Assembly: GCA_016283095.1 (NCBI GenBank)
Contig: JAEEMG010000062.1
Location: 4,694-68,693, forward strand
DNA length: 64,000 nt
Source of the DNA: Paludibacteraceae bacterium
GTDB taxonomy: Bacteria; Bacteroidota; Bacteroidia; Bacteroidales; Paludibacteraceae
Direction: 5' to 3'
Shown: positions 1 through 11,201 of the stretch, one piece after another
How the letters are laid out: the number at the start of each line of letters is the position of its first letter
Position numbering within the stretch: the first letter of the stretch is position 1
Notes under the pieces: generated by a model
The model's input: only the letters and a program-made list of their open reading frames with translations
Told to the model about the DNA's origin: nothing
The model's database searches: none
Made by a program: the position numbers and the translations under genes

Positions 1-66
1 ATCCAACGTAATCCAAGAAGCAGAAGCGCAAAACTACGTGTCGCAGAAAAAATAGGAGGAGAATAG
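1..66 (+). CDS. rsmH: RsmH (MraW) 16S rRNA m4C1402 methyltransferase, 3' end only (gene begins upstream of window)
   Basis: Frame 1 reads IQRNPRSRSAKLRVAEKIGGE*. NPRxRSAKLRxAEK is the usual RsmH C-terminus, and the position just before ftsL/ftsI is the canonical dcw position. Confidence 0.55.
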   Translation: MQRNPRSRSAKLRVAEKIGGE

Positions 67-67
67 T

Positions 68-394
68 ATGAATGAGTTTAAGAACGGATTAAAAACTCTA
101 AAGGGAAATTTGGAATATTTCTTCTCTGTGGAGTTTATTATGAACAATATGTATCTGATGGCTCTTGTTGTCGGCCTTTGTGTCTTGACTATAGAGAACC
201 GTTACGAGTGTGACAAACAGTTCAGACAAATCGAAAAATTGAAGAAAGTGCTTCAGGATAAGAAAAATGATGCTTTGGCTGTCAACGCGGATTTGTCGCA
301 ACTAAGCCGTCAGAGCAACGTGAAAAATATGATTTCTGAGAGCAGCGTTGATGTCGCTGAGTCGACATTGCCACCTTTTATGATTAAAAAATAA
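68..394 (+). CDS. ftsL: FtsL-like cell division protein (single TM plus coiled coil)
   Basis: 108 aa with one hydrophobic helix (MYLMALVVGLCVLTI) followed by a heptad-like segment (QIEKLKKVLQDKKNDAL). Sits between rsmH and ftsI. Confidence 0.65.
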   Translation: MNEFKNGLKTLKGNLEYFFSVEFIMNNMYLMALVVGLCVLTIENRYECDKQFRQIEKLKKVLQDKKNDALAVNADLSQLSRQSNVKNMISESSVDVAESTLPPFMIKK

Positions 395-400
395 TTGGGT

Positions 401-2524
401 ATGGCAAAGTTTGACGAAAGTATGAGAAAACGCATTCTCAAGGGAATGATCTTGCCTTGTATGATTATTCTCTTGATTATGGGTCTTATTGTATGGCGGG
501 CTTGTGATTTGATGTTCGGACCAGAGGGCGACGGATGGAGGGCGGTTTTGAAGAAAGAGAGTGTCAAAGACAGCTCGATTGTGAAGCCTCAGCGTGGAAA
601 TATCTATTCGTGCGACGGTGTGCTTATTGCCAGTTCGGTGGAGAAACATAAGCTGGTGATGGATTTTCTGGCGGAAGGGTTTGACCATGCTCTGTTCAAC
701 GCTAAAATTGATTCTTTGTGCATCTGTGTCGCAAAACTTTATGGCAATGCCCATACGCCTGAATACTATAAGCGTAAGGCCATTGAGGCAAGAAAAGAAA
801 AAAAACGTGCTTTTGTGTTCGAACCAAAGTTTGTGTCGCACAGTGATTATAAACGAGCTCAGAAGTTCCCGTTCTGGAGAGAATCCAAGAAAAAGACGGG
901 TTTCTATGTGGAGACGCAGGTTGAACGCAAGAAGACGTTTGGAAACCTTGCCGCTCGTACGATCGGAGGTTTTAATCCTGAGACAGACAAAGGAAAAAAC
1001 GGTCTTGAAAGAAGATTTGATAAAGAGCTTAGAGGCGAGCCTGGAGTCGCAAGAAAGGAACTTCATGGAAATGGCAAACCGATTTGGGTGAATGATGTTG
1101 ATCCGTTGGATGGCGCGGATGTCTATACTACGCTTGATATGCGTATGCAGGATGTTGTGACCTCCGCTCTTGCTGATGTGATGCAGGCGGCTTCTGCTGA
1201 TAGCGGATGCGCGATGCTTATGGATGTCCATACCGGTGAGGTCAAGGCTATATCAAACCTTACTCGTCTAGGCACTTCATTTGTGGATCAGAAAAACTAT
1301 GCTGTCGGTATGAATTCCGAACCAGGCTCAGTTTTTAAGTTGGCTTCAGTGATAGCTCTGCTTGAAGTGGCTAAACTGGACACTTCTTATATGATAGATA
1401 CGGGAGATGGATTCTGGAAAGAAAAAGGAATGCACGACCATAATTACAAATCGGATGGCTCCGGCGGATTCGGAACGATTTCTTTGGCTCACGCTTTCCA
1501 CGTCTCTTCAAATATAGGAATCGCGAAACCGGTTCACGAATATTTCTCCAAATCTAGAGAGAAATTTGTCGATAAGATCTATTCGATGAAACTGGCTGAT
1601 CGTATGGATCTTGATATTCCGAATGATGTCAGACCAAGAATCCGTAAACCTGATGATCCGGAAGTGAGGAACGATGGTAATTATCTGACATCCATGTCGA
1701 TCGGATACAGTGTGCAGATTCCTCCAATCTATACGTTGGCATTCTATAATGCGATCGCCAATGACGGAAAGATGATCAAACCGTATTTCACCAGAGCCGT
1801 CAAGCGTGACGGAAAAACTTTGGAATCTTTCTCTACTGAGGTTATTTGTCCGAAAGTATGCTCAAATAAAACTCTTGGTAAGGTCAAAGAGATGCTTAAG
1901 GGTGTGATAGAGCAGGGAACAGGTAAGAAGGCTAAGTCGGATATCCTTGAGTTGGCTGGCAAATCGGGTTCCGCACGTATGCACTACAACAACCCGACTG
2001 GTACGCCTCGTGATTACCAGATGTCTTTCGTGGGATATTTCCCTGCTGACAAACCTCGCTATACGTGTATGGTGGTTTACTGGCAGAAAGCTCAGTACTA
2101 TAATAATGTCACTTCAAAAGCGTTCCGTACGATTGCGGAAAGAATATACGCTATGACTCCTGTCAGTTGTGAGACGGCATTGTGTGACAATGGTAGATTC
2201 GCTCCTGAGATAAAGGGTGGTTATAAGAGTGATGTTGAGTATCTGTTGAAGGAGTTGAATATCAGATATACGAGAAACAAGATAGACGATGACGATTTGG
2301 TCAACACTACAACCAGAGACAGTGTGGTGAGCATGACACAGATGAAAGTCGGCAAGTATACTGTTCCAAAAGTTATCGGACTTGGAGCAAAAGATGCTCT
2401 ATATCTGCTTGAAAATAAAGGTTTGAAGGTGACGATGCATGGCCGAGGCACTGTGGTACAACAGTCGATTCCTCCTGGTGAGACAGCATCTCCCGGCAAA
2501 TTAATTACAATTATGCTAAAATAG
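401..2524 (+). CDS. ftsI: Class B penicillin-binding protein / septal transpeptidase FtsI with C-terminal PASTA domain
   Basis: N-terminal TM. Transpeptidase motifs SxxK (PGSVFK), SxN (HVSSNIG) and K(S/T)G (AGKSGSA). C-terminal PASTA-like segment [26 protein letters not shown] at 401; the ORF track starts at an upstream TTG at 395. Confidence 0.9.
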   Translation: MAKFDESMRKRILKGMILPCMIILLIMGLIVWRACDLMFGPEGDGWRAVLKKESVKDSSIVKPQRGNIYSCDGVLIASSVEKHKLVMDFLAEGFDHALFNAKIDSLCICVAKLYGNAHTPEYYKRKAIEARKEKKRAFVFEPKFVSHSDYKRAQKFPFWRESKKKTGFYVETQVERKKTFGNLAARTIGGFNPETDKGKNGLERRFDKELRGEPGVARKELHGNGKPIWVNDVDPLDGADVYTTLDMRMQDVVTSALADVMQAASADSGCAMLMDVHTGEVKAISNLTRLGTSFVDQKNYAVGMNSEPGSVFKLASVIALLEVAKLDTSYMIDTGDGFWKEKGMHDHNYKSDGSGGFGTISLAHAFHVSSNIGIAKPVHEYFSKSREKFVDKIYSMKLADRMDLDIPNDVRPRIRKPDDPEVRNDGNYLTSMSIGYSVQIPPIYTLAFYNAIANDGKMIKPYFTRAVKRDGKTLESFSTEVICPKVCSNKTLGKVKEMLKGVIEQGTGKKAKSDILELAGKSGSARMHYNNPTGTPRDYQMSFVGYFPADKPRYTCMVVYWQKAQYYNNVTSKAFRTIAERIYAMTPVSCETALCDNGRFAPEIKGGYKSDVEYLLKELNIRYTRNKIDDDDLVNTTTRDSVVSMTQMKVGKYTVPKVIGLGAKDALYLLENKGLKVTMHGRGTVVQQSIPPGETASPGKLITIMLK

Positions 2525-2531
2525 TTGGCTT

Positions 2532-3983
2532 ATGAAGTTAAACGATTTGATAAACAGTGTCGACTGCGTAAAGATAGTCGGCAATACAGATAAGGAGATC
2601 TCTGCGATATGTCAGGATTCCCGCCAAGTGTCTGCTGACGCTTTGTTCGTAGCTGTTTGTGGCTATTCTATAGATGGTCACGAATATATCCAGTCTGCAA
2701 TCGAAAAGGGCGCGGCTGCGATTGTGCTTCAGAAGATGCCGGATGTTTTGAATGACGGTGTCGCTTACATTCAGGTGAAGGATTCCGCTGAGGCTCTTGG
2801 TCGTTTGGCTTCTGCTTGGTATGGCAACCCGTCGTCGAAACTGAAACTTGTCGGTGTGACTGGTACTAATGGCAAGACAACTATCGCTACTGTGCTTTAT
2901 AAGATGCACAGAGAGTTCGGACATAAGGTAGGTTTGCTTTCTACTGTATGTAATTATGTAGACGAGAGAGCTGTGCCGGCTACTCATACAACTCCGGATC
3001 CGATCTCGTTGAATAAGCTTCTTTCTGAGATGGTTGACGCTGGCTGTACATACGCTTTCATGGAGGTGAGCTCGCATGCCGCAGACCAAAAAAGAATTGG
3101 AGGCTTGAAATTTGTCGGAGGTATTTTCACAAATATCACTCGTGATCATTTGGATTACCATAAGACATTCGACAACTATATAAAGGCAAAGAAATCTTTC
3201 TTTGATTCTCTTCCTGCCGATGCATTCGCTCTTACTAATGCTGACGACCGTAACGGAAGTGTGATGGTTCAGAACAGCAAGGCTTTGAAGAAAAGTTATT
3301 CGATCCGTTCGATGGCTGATTTCAGAGCGAAGGTTGTGGAGGACAGTTTCTTTGGAATGCTTCTTAATATCGACGGAAGAGAAGTCTCAACTCAGTTTGT
3401 AGGACGATTCAACGCATCCAACCTGCTTGCCGTATATTCAGCTTGCGTATTGCTTGGCAATACACCAGAAGACACATTGGTGGCATTGAGCAAGATGACT
3501 CCAGTCAACGGAAGATTCGAGACAATCCGTGGTGTGCAGAGTGGTGTTTGTGCGATTGTTGATTATGCACATACACCAGACGCTTTGGAGAATGTGATTT
3601 CCACAATCAACGAAGTGAAAAGCCAGAATGCGGAGTTGATCACAGTGGTCGGCTGCGGAGGTAATCGTGATAAAGGCAAGCGTCCGATCATGGCGAAGTC
3701 GGCTGTAACTAACAGCGATAAGGTAGTCATCACGTCGGACAATCCAAGAAACGAGGAGCCAATGGATATCATCAATGATATGTTGGCAGGACTTACTGAT
3801 GAGGAGCAGAGAAACGTGATTGTGAATGCCGATCGAGAGCAGGCGATCAAGACGGCTTGCACGATGGCAAAGAAGGGAGATATCGTCCTTGTGGCAGGAA
3901 AGGGACATGAGGACTATCAGGATATCAAGGGTGTGAAACACCACTTCGATGATCATGAGGTTATTAGAAAATATTTAATATAG
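2532..3983 (+). CDS. murE: UDP-N-acetylmuramoyl-L-alanyl-D-glutamate--2,6-diaminopimelate ligase
   Basis: Mur ligase P-loop [14 protein letters not shown] motif ([10 protein letters not shown]), dcw position after ftsI. Confidence 0.95.
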   Translation: MKLNDLINSVDCVKIVGNTDKEISAICQDSRQVSADALFVAVCGYSIDGHEYIQSAIEKGAAAIVLQKMPDVLNDGVAYIQVKDSAEALGRLASAWYGNPSSKLKLVGVTGTNGKTTIATVLYKMHREFGHKVGLLSTVCNYVDERAVPATHTTPDPISLNKLLSEMVDAGCTYAFMEVSSHAADQKRIGGLKFVGGIFTNITRDHLDYHKTFDNYIKAKKSFFDSLPADAFALTNADDRNGSVMVQNSKALKKSYSIRSMADFRAKVVEDSFFGMLLNIDGREVSTQFVGRFNASNLLAVYSACVLLGNTPEDTLVALSKMTPVNGRFETIRGVQSGVCAIVDYAHTPDALENVISTINEVKSQNAELITVVGCGGNRDKGKRPIMAKSAVTNSDKVVITSDNPRNEEPMDIINDMLAGLTDEEQRNVIVNADREQAIKTACTMAKKGDIVLVAGKGHEDYQDIKGVKHHFDDHEVIRKYLI

Positions 3984-3990
3984 AGAGATT

Positions 3991-5199
3991 ATGTTTTATT
4001 ATTTGTTTGAAGGCATGACATTCCCTGGAGCGGGTTTGTTCCATTATGTGACATTCCGTTCTGCATTGGCGTTTGTCGGAGCGTTGCTCTTTGTTATCAT
4101 TTTCGGAAAGAAGATGATTGAATATTTGCAACTTCGTCAGATAGGTGAGACTATCAGAGATTTGAATCTTGAAGGACAGATGTCGAAAAAGGGCACACCT
4201 ACAATGGGTGGTGTGATTATCATAGGTGGTATAATCATCCCATGTCTGTTGTTCGGAAATCTTTCTAATATATACATGCTTCTTATGCTTGCCATCACGC
4301 TATGGCTCGGATTCCTTGGAGGTATGGATGATTATATCAAGGTCTTCAAAAAGAATAAAGAAGGAATGTCTCCACGTGTGAAGATCATCGGTCAGGTTGC
4401 TGCCGGTCTTTTCCTTGGTTTGGTGCTATACTGTAGCCCGGATGTGGTGATAAGAGAGAATTACGCTACCGTCAACAAAGAGAATGTTGAGGTGGTAAAC
4501 TATAAGAAGGAGAATGTCAAGTCGACACAGACAACTATTCCGTTTGTGAAAAACCATAATTTCGACTATGCCTCGATATTTGAGTTTGCTGGCGATTATG
4601 CTCAGCCACTCGGATGGATCTTCTTCGTGTTGGTCACAATATTCGTGATGACATTCATTTCCAACGGAGCCAACCTGACTGATGGTTTGGATGGATTGTC
4701 CGTCGGAACGTCGATGATAATAGGAGTGGCGTTGGGTATTCTGGCATACTTGTCTGCCCATGTGGAGTTCGCAAGCTACCTTAATATCATGTACATACCG
4801 AAGTCGGAGGAACTTGTGGTTTATTTGTGCGCGTTTGTCGGCGCGACACTTGGATTCCTGTGGTACAACTCATTCCCTGCTCAGGTGTTTATGGGCGACA
4901 CAGGTAGTCTGATGCTTGGAGGTGTTATCGCAGCAGTGGCGATGATTATACGTAAAGAGTTGTTGATCCCTATTTTGTGTGGTGTGTTTATCGCGGAGAA
5001 TTTGTCTGTGATGCTTCAGGTGTCGTATTTCAAGTATACTAAGAAGAAATACGGTGAAGGACGACGTATATTCCTGATGTCGCCACTACACCATCATTTC
5101 CAGAAGAAAGGAATGCCAGAGCCTAAAATTGTGGCAAGATTCTGGATCGTAGGTTTGCTTTTGGCAGTAATTACAGTTTTGACTTTAAAGGTTAGATAA
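3991..5199 (+). CDS. mraY: Phospho-N-acetylmuramoyl-pentapeptide transferase
   Basis: Polytopic membrane protein with MraY motifs ([32 protein letters not shown]). Confidence 0.95.
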   Translation: MFYYLFEGMTFPGAGLFHYVTFRSALAFVGALLFVIIFGKKMIEYLQLRQIGETIRDLNLEGQMSKKGTPTMGGVIIIGGIIIPCLLFGNLSNIYMLLMLAITLWLGFLGGMDDYIKVFKKNKEGMSPRVKIIGQVAAGLFLGLVLYCSPDVVIRENYATVNKENVEVVNYKKENVKSTQTTIPFVKNHNFDYASIFEFAGDYAQPLGWIFFVLVTIFVMTFISNGANLTDGLDGLSVGTSMIIGVALGILAYLSAHVEFASYLNIMYIPKSEELVVYLCAFVGATLGFLWYNSFPAQVFMGDTGSLMLGGVIAAVAMIIRKELLIPILCGVFIAENLSVMLQVSYFKYTKKKYGEGRRIFLMSPLHHHFQKKGMPEPKIVARFWIVGLLLAVITVLTLKVR

Positions 5200-6533
5200 T
5201 GAAAAGAATAGTTGTTTTAGGAGCAGGAGAAAGTGGTGTCGGTTCGGCAATCTTGGCCCAGAAGCAGGGCTTTGATGTTTTTGTGTCGGACATGTCGCCA
5301 ATCAAAGAAAAATATGTGGCTGAACTCAACCAGTATAATATCGCTTGGGAGCAGGGGCAGCATACAGAAGAGTTGATCTTGAATGCGGATGAGGTGATCA
5401 AAAGTCCAGGTATTCCAGAGAAGGCTCCAATCATCAAGAAGTTGAGAGAGAAAGGCATCAACATAATCTCTGAAATCGAATTCGCCGGACGCTACTCAAA
5501 GTCGAAGATGATCTGTATCACAGGCAGCAATGGTAAAACGACAACCACTACACTTGTGCACTATATCTTCAAAGAGGCAGGTCTAGACGCTTCTCTTGCA
5601 GGAAACATCGGTTTCAGCTTGGCACGTCAGGTGGCTATCGATCCTCACGACTACTACATTATCGAGCTAAGTAGTTTCCAGTTGGACGGAATGTATGATT
5701 TCAAGGCAGATATCGCTATCCTGCTCAACATCACTCCGGATCACTTGGACCGTTACGAATATAAGTTCCAGAACTACGTGGATTCAAAGATGCGTATTCT
5801 GCAGAACATGACAGAGAACGACACATTCATCTATTGGAATGAAGATCCTGTCGTGACAAAGGAACTTGCAAAGTATGATATCAAGGCAAAGATGATGCCG
5901 TTCTCGATACAGACAATTGAGAATATGGCAGCTTGCTTGGAGAATGAAAAATTAGTAATCAACTTAAAAAACAATTATATAGATATGGATATTAATAAAC
6001 TTGCTTTGAAGGGACAGCACAACATCTACAATTCAATGGCGGCTGGTATCGCGGCAGGAGTTGAAGGCATCAAGAAGGACACTATCCGTAAGGCATTCAG
6101 TGATTTCAGCGGAGTGGAGCACCGTCTTGAGCCAGTGGCAAAGGTGAGAAGTGTGTTGTTCATCAACGATTCAAAGGCTACTAATGTCAATTCGTGCTGG
6201 TATGCGTTGCAGTGTATGCAGACTCCGGTTGTTTTGATTCTTGGTGGTAAGGACAAGGGTAACGACTACACAGAGATAGAGGATTTGGTAAAGGAGAAGG
6301 TGAAGGCTATCGTATGTCTTGGCGTTGATAATACCAAACTTCATGCTTTCTTCGACGGTAAGGTTGAGAATATTGCAGACGCTGGTTCTATGGAAGAGGC
6401 AGTCAACAAGTGTTTCGCATTTGCTGACAAGGGTGATACAGTGCTTCTTTCTCCATGTTGTGCAAGCTTCGATTTGTTCAAAAGCTACGAGGATAGAGGA
6501 CAACAGTTCAAGGAGTGTGTAAAACGCTTGTAA
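5199..6533 (+). CDS. murD: UDP-N-acetylmuramoylalanine--D-glutamate ligase
   Basis: N-terminal Rossmann GAGESG, Mur ligase P-loop ITGSNGKTTTT. Start overlaps the mraY stop (TAATG). Confidence 0.95.
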   Translation: MKRIVVLGAGESGVGSAILAQKQGFDVFVSDMSPIKEKYVAELNQYNIAWEQGQHTEELILNADEVIKSPGIPEKAPIIKKLREKGINIISEIEFAGRYSKSKMICITGSNGKTTTTTLVHYIFKEAGLDASLAGNIGFSLARQVAIDPHDYYIIELSSFQLDGMYDFKADIAILLNITPDHLDRYEYKFQNYVDSKMRILQNMTENDTFIYWNEDPVVTKELAKYDIKAKMMPFSIQTIENMAACLENEKLVINLKNNYIDMDINKLALKGQHNIYNSMAAGIAAGVEGIKKDTIRKAFSDFSGVEHRLEPVAKVRSVLFINDSKATNVNSCWYALQCMQTPVVLILGGKDKGNDYTEIEDLVKEKVKAIVCLGVDNTKLHAFFDGKVENIADAGSMEEAVNKCFAFADKGDTVLLSPCCASFDLFKSYEDRGQQFKECVKRL

Positions 6534-6534
6534 A

Positions 6535-7776
6535 ATGAGTGAACGCAATGCTTTCTTCAAAAAATTGTTTCTTGGCGACCTCTATATATGGATTGCTATA
6601 GCATCATTGCTCGCAATCTCGGTAATAGAGGTCTACAGCTCTATTCAAGCAAATGTGACAGTCAGAAATGGCGATTATAACAGAGAATTCTATCGCCATA
6701 TCTTTATGATCCTGACAGGACTAGGAATCACCTTGACGGTGGTGCAGGTTGGTGTCAAACGATTGTTCTCATCCAAACTGACGGGTTTTCTTGTCTTAGG
6801 TGCATTGCTGTCGTGGGTGATGCTTCTGTTGACTCCAAAATTTGGCGACCTTGTCAATGGTGCCAGACGAACGATGTTTGGCATACAATGGTCGGAACTT
6901 GTCAAGGTGTTCTATGTGATATTCTTGGCATTTTGGATAGGACAGTATTCCACGGACAAAGGATTGATGCCTACCAAAAAAGGTTGGATCACATTGTTTG
7001 TACTCTATTGCCTATGGCTGGTGCCGATCGGATTGGAGAATATGTCTGGATTGGTGCTGTTGACTGTGGTGACGATCTGTCTGTTGCTGGCTGGAGGACT
7101 GAAATTTAAGCCTTTTTTGTGCATAATGGGAATGTTTCTCTCACTAGCTCTGATTCTTGGTGCCATTGGAGAGTTTGTCCCTGCAGAAAAATTGAAGGGA
7201 ACACCTTTGCATCGTTTGCCTACTTGGGTTTCACGAGTGGAGAATTCATTTTTGGGAGGAAAAGCAGAAGACGACCCTAACCTTAAATTTGTCATTAATG
7301 ATGGAAACTATCAGGTGTCTCATGCAAAAATGGCCGTTGCCAACAGCCATGTGATAGGAAATGGTGTCGCTGGAGGCCGAGAAAGATTCCGTCTTCCTCA
7401 AGCATTTTCGGATTATATTTTTTCGATAATTCTGGAAGAGTTGGGATTATTTGTTGGTTTGTTAGTGATATTTTCCTATCTTTGTGTCTTGTGGCGGGCA
7501 ATTGTTATTGCGTATAAATCAGAAAGTATGGTCTATGCGATGCTGACACTTGCTTGTGCATTATTGATAGTCTTTCAGGCTGTGATAAACATGGCGGTAG
7601 GAGTGGCGTTGGGCGACTTTGTCACAGGTCAGCCGCTGCCTTTTGTAAGCAAGGGAGGTACCTCGATTTGGATGACAGGCATTTTGTTTGGAATAATCCT
7701 TTCGGTAAGTGTCCATGTGAAGACGTTGCAAAACAAAAGGAAGGAGAAACCGATTGTGGTAGAAGAGTCTGAATAG
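6535..7776 (+). CDS. ftsW: FtsW/RodA/SpoVE (SEDS) family peptidoglycan polymerase
   Basis: About 10 TM segments, conserved C-terminal SEDS motif (PLPFVSKGGTS), dcw position between murD and murG. Confidence 0.9.
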   Translation: MSERNAFFKKLFLGDLYIWIAIASLLAISVIEVYSSIQANVTVRNGDYNREFYRHIFMILTGLGITLTVVQVGVKRLFSSKLTGFLVLGALLSWVMLLLTPKFGDLVNGARRTMFGIQWSELVKVFYVIFLAFWIGQYSTDKGLMPTKKGWITLFVLYCLWLVPIGLENMSGLVLLTVVTICLLLAGGLKFKPFLCIMGMFLSLALILGAIGEFVPAEKLKGTPLHRLPTWVSRVENSFLGGKAEDDPNLKFVINDGNYQVSHAKMAVANSHVIGNGVAGGRERFRLPQAFSDYIFSIILEELGLFVGLLVIFSYLCVLWRAIVIAYKSESMVYAMLTLACALLIVFQAVINMAVGVALGDFVTGQPLPFVSKGGTSIWMTGILFGIILSVSVHVKTLQNKRKEKPIVVEESE

Positions 7777-7921
7777 GATTTAAGAGACGTTTGATCTTCT
7801 GCTATGGATTTTGTAGTATTGTGTGTAAAGAATATCCATGCAGATGATTGAGTATAGAGTGTAGTTGAAATAGACAAGCATTTCCGGCTTGGAGGAACAA
7901 AAGAACTTTATTTTAGACAAC

Positions 7922-9034
7922 ATGGCGGCAAACAAAAGATTCATCATCAGTGGTGGAGGTACGGGTGGTCACATATTCCCAGCTATTTCTATTGCTAATG
8001 CGTTAAAGAAACGTTTCCCAGACGGTGAGTTCCTTTTTGTGGGAGCTGAGGGCCGTATGGAGATGGAACGCGTGCCTAAGGCAGGCTATAAGATTATCGG
8101 ATTACAGGTGAACGGATTGGTGAGAAGCATGTCACCGTCAGGAATCCTTAAGAATATCAAGGTTGTCTATCGTTTTGTGAAAAGCTATTTCAAGGCGAAA
8201 TCAATTGTCAAGGAGTTCAACCCAGACGCTGTGGTCGGTGTGGGTGGTTATGCAAGTTGCCCGACACTATATGCCGCAAACAAGCTTGGTGTGCCAACTT
8301 TCTTGCAGGAACAGAATTCATACGCTGGTGTGGCTAACAAATTTTTGTCGAAAGGTGTGAAGAAGATTTGTGTGGCATACGACGGAATGGAAAGATTCTT
8401 CCCTGCTGAAAAACTGGTGATGACTGGTAATCCTGTCCGCCAGGATTTCTTGAATGTGCAGAAGGGAGCTCAGGAGGCATACGATTTCTTCGGCCTTGAT
8501 TCATCAAAGAAAACAATTCTTGTGATTGGCGGTAGCCTTGGCGCCCGCACGGTCAACAACAGTATCATAGCTGGTCTTGACGCTATCAAGCAGAGTGGTG
8601 TGCAGGTGATATGGCAGACTGGCAAATATTACTTTGAAGACGCAAAGAAGAAGGCTGACGAAAGTAATAATCCAAACTTGGTATGTACAGACTTCGTGTC
8701 ACGTATGGATTATGCGTACGCTGTGGCTGATCTTGTTGTGTCGAGAGCTGGTGCAAGTTCAATATCTGAGCTATGTCTGTTAGGCAAACCATCAATTCTG
8801 GTTCCTTCTCCTAATGTGGCAGAGGATCATCAGACTAAGAATGCCATGGCATTGTCTACAAAGAATGCGGCTGTGATGATAAAGGATGCTGAGGCAGTGG
8901 AGAAATTGGTGCCTGAGGCGTTGTGTCTGGTGGCAGATGAAGCGTCGCTCGCATCAATATCTGAGCAGGCATTCGCATTGGCACAGAAAGATTCGGCAGA
9001 CAGAATAGCAAGCGTGATTTTAGGTGAGATTTAA
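7922..9034 (+). CDS. murG: Undecaprenyldiphospho-muramoylpentapeptide beta-N-acetylglucosaminyltransferase
   Basis: ISGGGTGGHIFPA N-terminal motif, C-terminal GASSISEL and EDHQTKNA motifs. ATG at 7922 preferred over the TTG-initiated ORF start at 7889. Confidence 0.93.
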   Translation: MAANKRFIISGGGTGGHIFPAISIANALKKRFPDGEFLFVGAEGRMEMERVPKAGYKIIGLQVNGLVRSMSPSGILKNIKVVYRFVKSYFKAKSIVKEFNPDAVVGVGGYASCPTLYAANKLGVPTFLQEQNSYAGVANKFLSKGVKKICVAYDGMERFFPAEKLVMTGNPVRQDFLNVQKGAQEAYDFFGLDSSKKTILVIGGSLGARTVNNSIIAGLDAIKQSGVQVIWQTGKYYFEDAKKKADESNNPNLVCTDFVSRMDYAYAVADLVVSRAGASSISELCLLGKPSILVPSPNVAEDHQTKNAMALSTKNAAVMIKDAEAVEKLVPEALCLVADEASLASISEQAFALAQKDSADRIASVILGEI

Positions 9035-9045
9035 ATTTTGGAAAA

Positions 9046-10419
9046 ATGCTGGATAAAATTAAAAATATCTACTTTTTAGGAATAGGTGGTATCGGAATGA
9101 GTGCCATTGCCCGTTACTTCAATGCAAAGGGTTATTCTGTGGCTGGCTACGACAAGACAGAAACTGAACTTGCTGACAAACTTCGCAGCGAGGGTATACA
9201 GGTGCACTTTGAGGATAACACAGTGTTCATACCAGAGGATTTCAAGAATCCAAACTATACCTTAGTTGTGTATACTCCGGCAATCCCAGATGATCTTACT
9301 GAGTATCTGTTCTTCAAGAAGAACAATTTCACTATCATGAAGCGTTCACAGATCCTTGGCGCGATAACAAAAAGCCAGGAAGCAATCTGTATCGCGGGAA
9401 CTCATGGTAAGACTACAACTACCACGATGATTGCTCATACTCTTCACAATTCATTCTTGGATTGCAACGCTTTCTTGGGTGGATTGTCAAAGAATTTTGA
9501 AAGCAATCTGCATCTTTCCAATAAGAGCAACTTGGTTGTTGTTGAGGCGGACGAATTCGACCGCTCTTTCTTGACACTTGCTCCACAAATCGCTGTGGTG
9601 ACAGCAACAGATGCCGACCATCTTGATATATATGGCACTTACGAGGAGTATTTGAAGAGCTTTGAACAGTTTGTGGCGCTTATCAAACCAGGAGGTGCGT
9701 TGATTATGAAGGATGGACTTCCTATCAAACCAGTCGTGCAGGAAGGTGTGAAAATCTACACTTATTCTGTGGAGAAGGGAGACTTCCATGCAGAGAACAT
9801 CAAGATCGCAAATGGAAAAATCATCTTCGACGTGGTTTATCCGTTGGGCGTATTGAAGGGAGTAGACTTGGGTGTTCCTGTCTACATCAATATTGAGAAT
9901 GCAATAGCAACATGTGCGGTATCTCTTTTGAAGGGATTGTCTCACGAAGAGATCAGAAAAGCAATAGCAAGTTTCCAGGGTGTGGCAAGACGTTTTGATT
10001 TCCACATCAAGCAGGATAATTTGGTATTGGTTGACGATTACGCACACCATCCGAATGAGGTGAAGGCAAGTATTGAATCGTTGCGCAGATTATATTCGGA
10101 TAAGAAGTTGACGGGAGTGTTCCAACCACATTTGTACACTCGCACCCGTGATTTCGCGGATGAGTTTGCTGCAAGTCTGTCGCTTCTCGACGAAGTGTTG
10201 CTTTTGGATATTTATCCAGCAAGAGAAGAGCCTATTGAGGGTGTGACAAGCCAGATCATTTTGGATAAGGTGACGGCGAAAGAGAAACGTCTCATTTCAA
10301 AAGATGAGTTGCTCGACTATGTCCGCACACATCCAATAGAGGTGTTGGCTACAATCGGAGCCGGTGATGTAAATCTTATGCTTCCGCAGATCAAAAATAT
10401 TCTGTTGTCCAAGGTATGA
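9046..10419 (+). CDS. murC: UDP-N-acetylmuramate--L-alanine ligase
   Basis: GIGGIGMSA Rossmann motif, Mur ligase P-loop AGTHGKTTTT, DDYAHHP motif. Confidence 0.95.
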   Translation: MLDKIKNIYFLGIGGIGMSAIARYFNAKGYSVAGYDKTETELADKLRSEGIQVHFEDNTVFIPEDFKNPNYTLVVYTPAIPDDLTEYLFFKKNNFTIMKRSQILGAITKSQEAICIAGTHGKTTTTTMIAHTLHNSFLDCNAFLGGLSKNFESNLHLSNKSNLVVVEADEFDRSFLTLAPQIAVVTATDADHLDIYGTYEEYLKSFEQFVALIKPGGALIMKDGLPIKPVVQEGVKIYTYSVEKGDFHAENIKIANGKIIFDVVYPLGVLKGVDLGVPVYINIENAIATCAVSLLKGLSHEEIRKAIASFQGVARRFDFHIKQDNLVLVDDYAHHPNEVKASIESLRRLYSDKKLTGVFQPHLYTRTRDFADEFAASLSLLDEVLLLDIYPAREEPIEGVTSQIILDKVTAKEKRLISKDELLDYVRTHPIEVLATIGAGDVNLMLPQIKNILLSKV

Positions 10420-11150
10420 GGAAAAAGTTGCAGATAGCAGGCTTTTGCATATTGGCTATATATGCTCTTGTGATGGTGTTTTTCATTCCGTCTACAGCAG
10501 GGAGTGTATGTTGCACAGGGACAGCGGTGAATATTAACGACAGCGCAGACTATAAGTTTGTGAATAAGATGGACATCCTCAAATACATGAATTCAGCTAA
10601 CATTAATCCAAACGGGTTGAGCTATAAGAATATCAACCTGCACAATATGGAAAAGAAAATAGCTGAAATTCCATTTGTCAAGGATGCTCAATGCTATAAA
10701 AGTCCGGGTGGTCTGTTATGTGTGGATATCCTCCAACGCAAACCGATATTGAGGATAAAGACGCCGACACAGGATTTGTATCTGGATTCGGAAGGCAGTC
10801 TGATGAACACCTCCACAGCATTCTCGGCTTATGTGCCGGTGTTGTTGAGTGAGACGACGCTGGGAAAGAAATATCTGAAGACGGAGATTTATGAGTTTGC
10901 CAACTATGTGTACAACGACAAATTCTTGAATTCACTGGTGGAGCAGATATACATAGATGCCAACGGCAATGTGGAGATGGTGCCACGCATAGGGTCGCAG
11001 ATTGTTGTGCTCGGCTCGACGGAAGGCTACCAAAAGAAGATGGCCCGATTGAGGAAACTCTATGAAAAGGGTTTTTCCAAAGTAGGGTGGAACAAGTATA
11101 AGAAGATAGATCTCACATACGACAATCAAGCTGTGTGTACGAGATATTGA
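10416..11150 (+). CDS. ftsQ: FtsQ-type cell division protein (TM plus POTRA)
   Basis: N-terminal TM, POTRA-like region, 4-nt overlap with the murC stop, located directly before ftsA. Confidence 0.75.
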   Translation: MRKKLQIAGFCILAIYALVMVFFIPSTAGSVCCTGTAVNINDSADYKFVNKMDILKYMNSANINPNGLSYKNINLHNMEKKIAEIPFVKDAQCYKSPGGLLCVDILQRKPILRIKTPTQDLYLDSEGSLMNTSTAFSAYVPVLLSETTLGKKYLKTEIYEFANYVYNDKFLNSLVEQIYIDANGNVEMVPRIGSQIVVLGSTEGYQKKMARLRKLYEKGFSKVGWNKYKKIDLTYDNQAVCTRY

Positions 11151-11201
11151 CAAAGAACAAAGACAAAGAACTAGTAAATACTTTCAAAAATTTTAGTGAA
11201 A

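Noticed and set aside
302-1231. 309-aa ORF on the minus strand
   Set aside because: It lies entirely antisense to the well-supported ftsI/ftsL genes, has an Arg/Ser/His-rich shadow-ORF composition and shows no motifs.
7889-7921. N-terminal extensions from non-ATG starts in the ORF track (also 395, 11196, 13947, 32726, 33666, 54740, 54613 on minus, 57391)
   Set aside because: In each case a downstream ATG gives the family-typical N-terminus, signal peptide or promoter spacing. The extensions are probably artefacts of longest-ORF calling.
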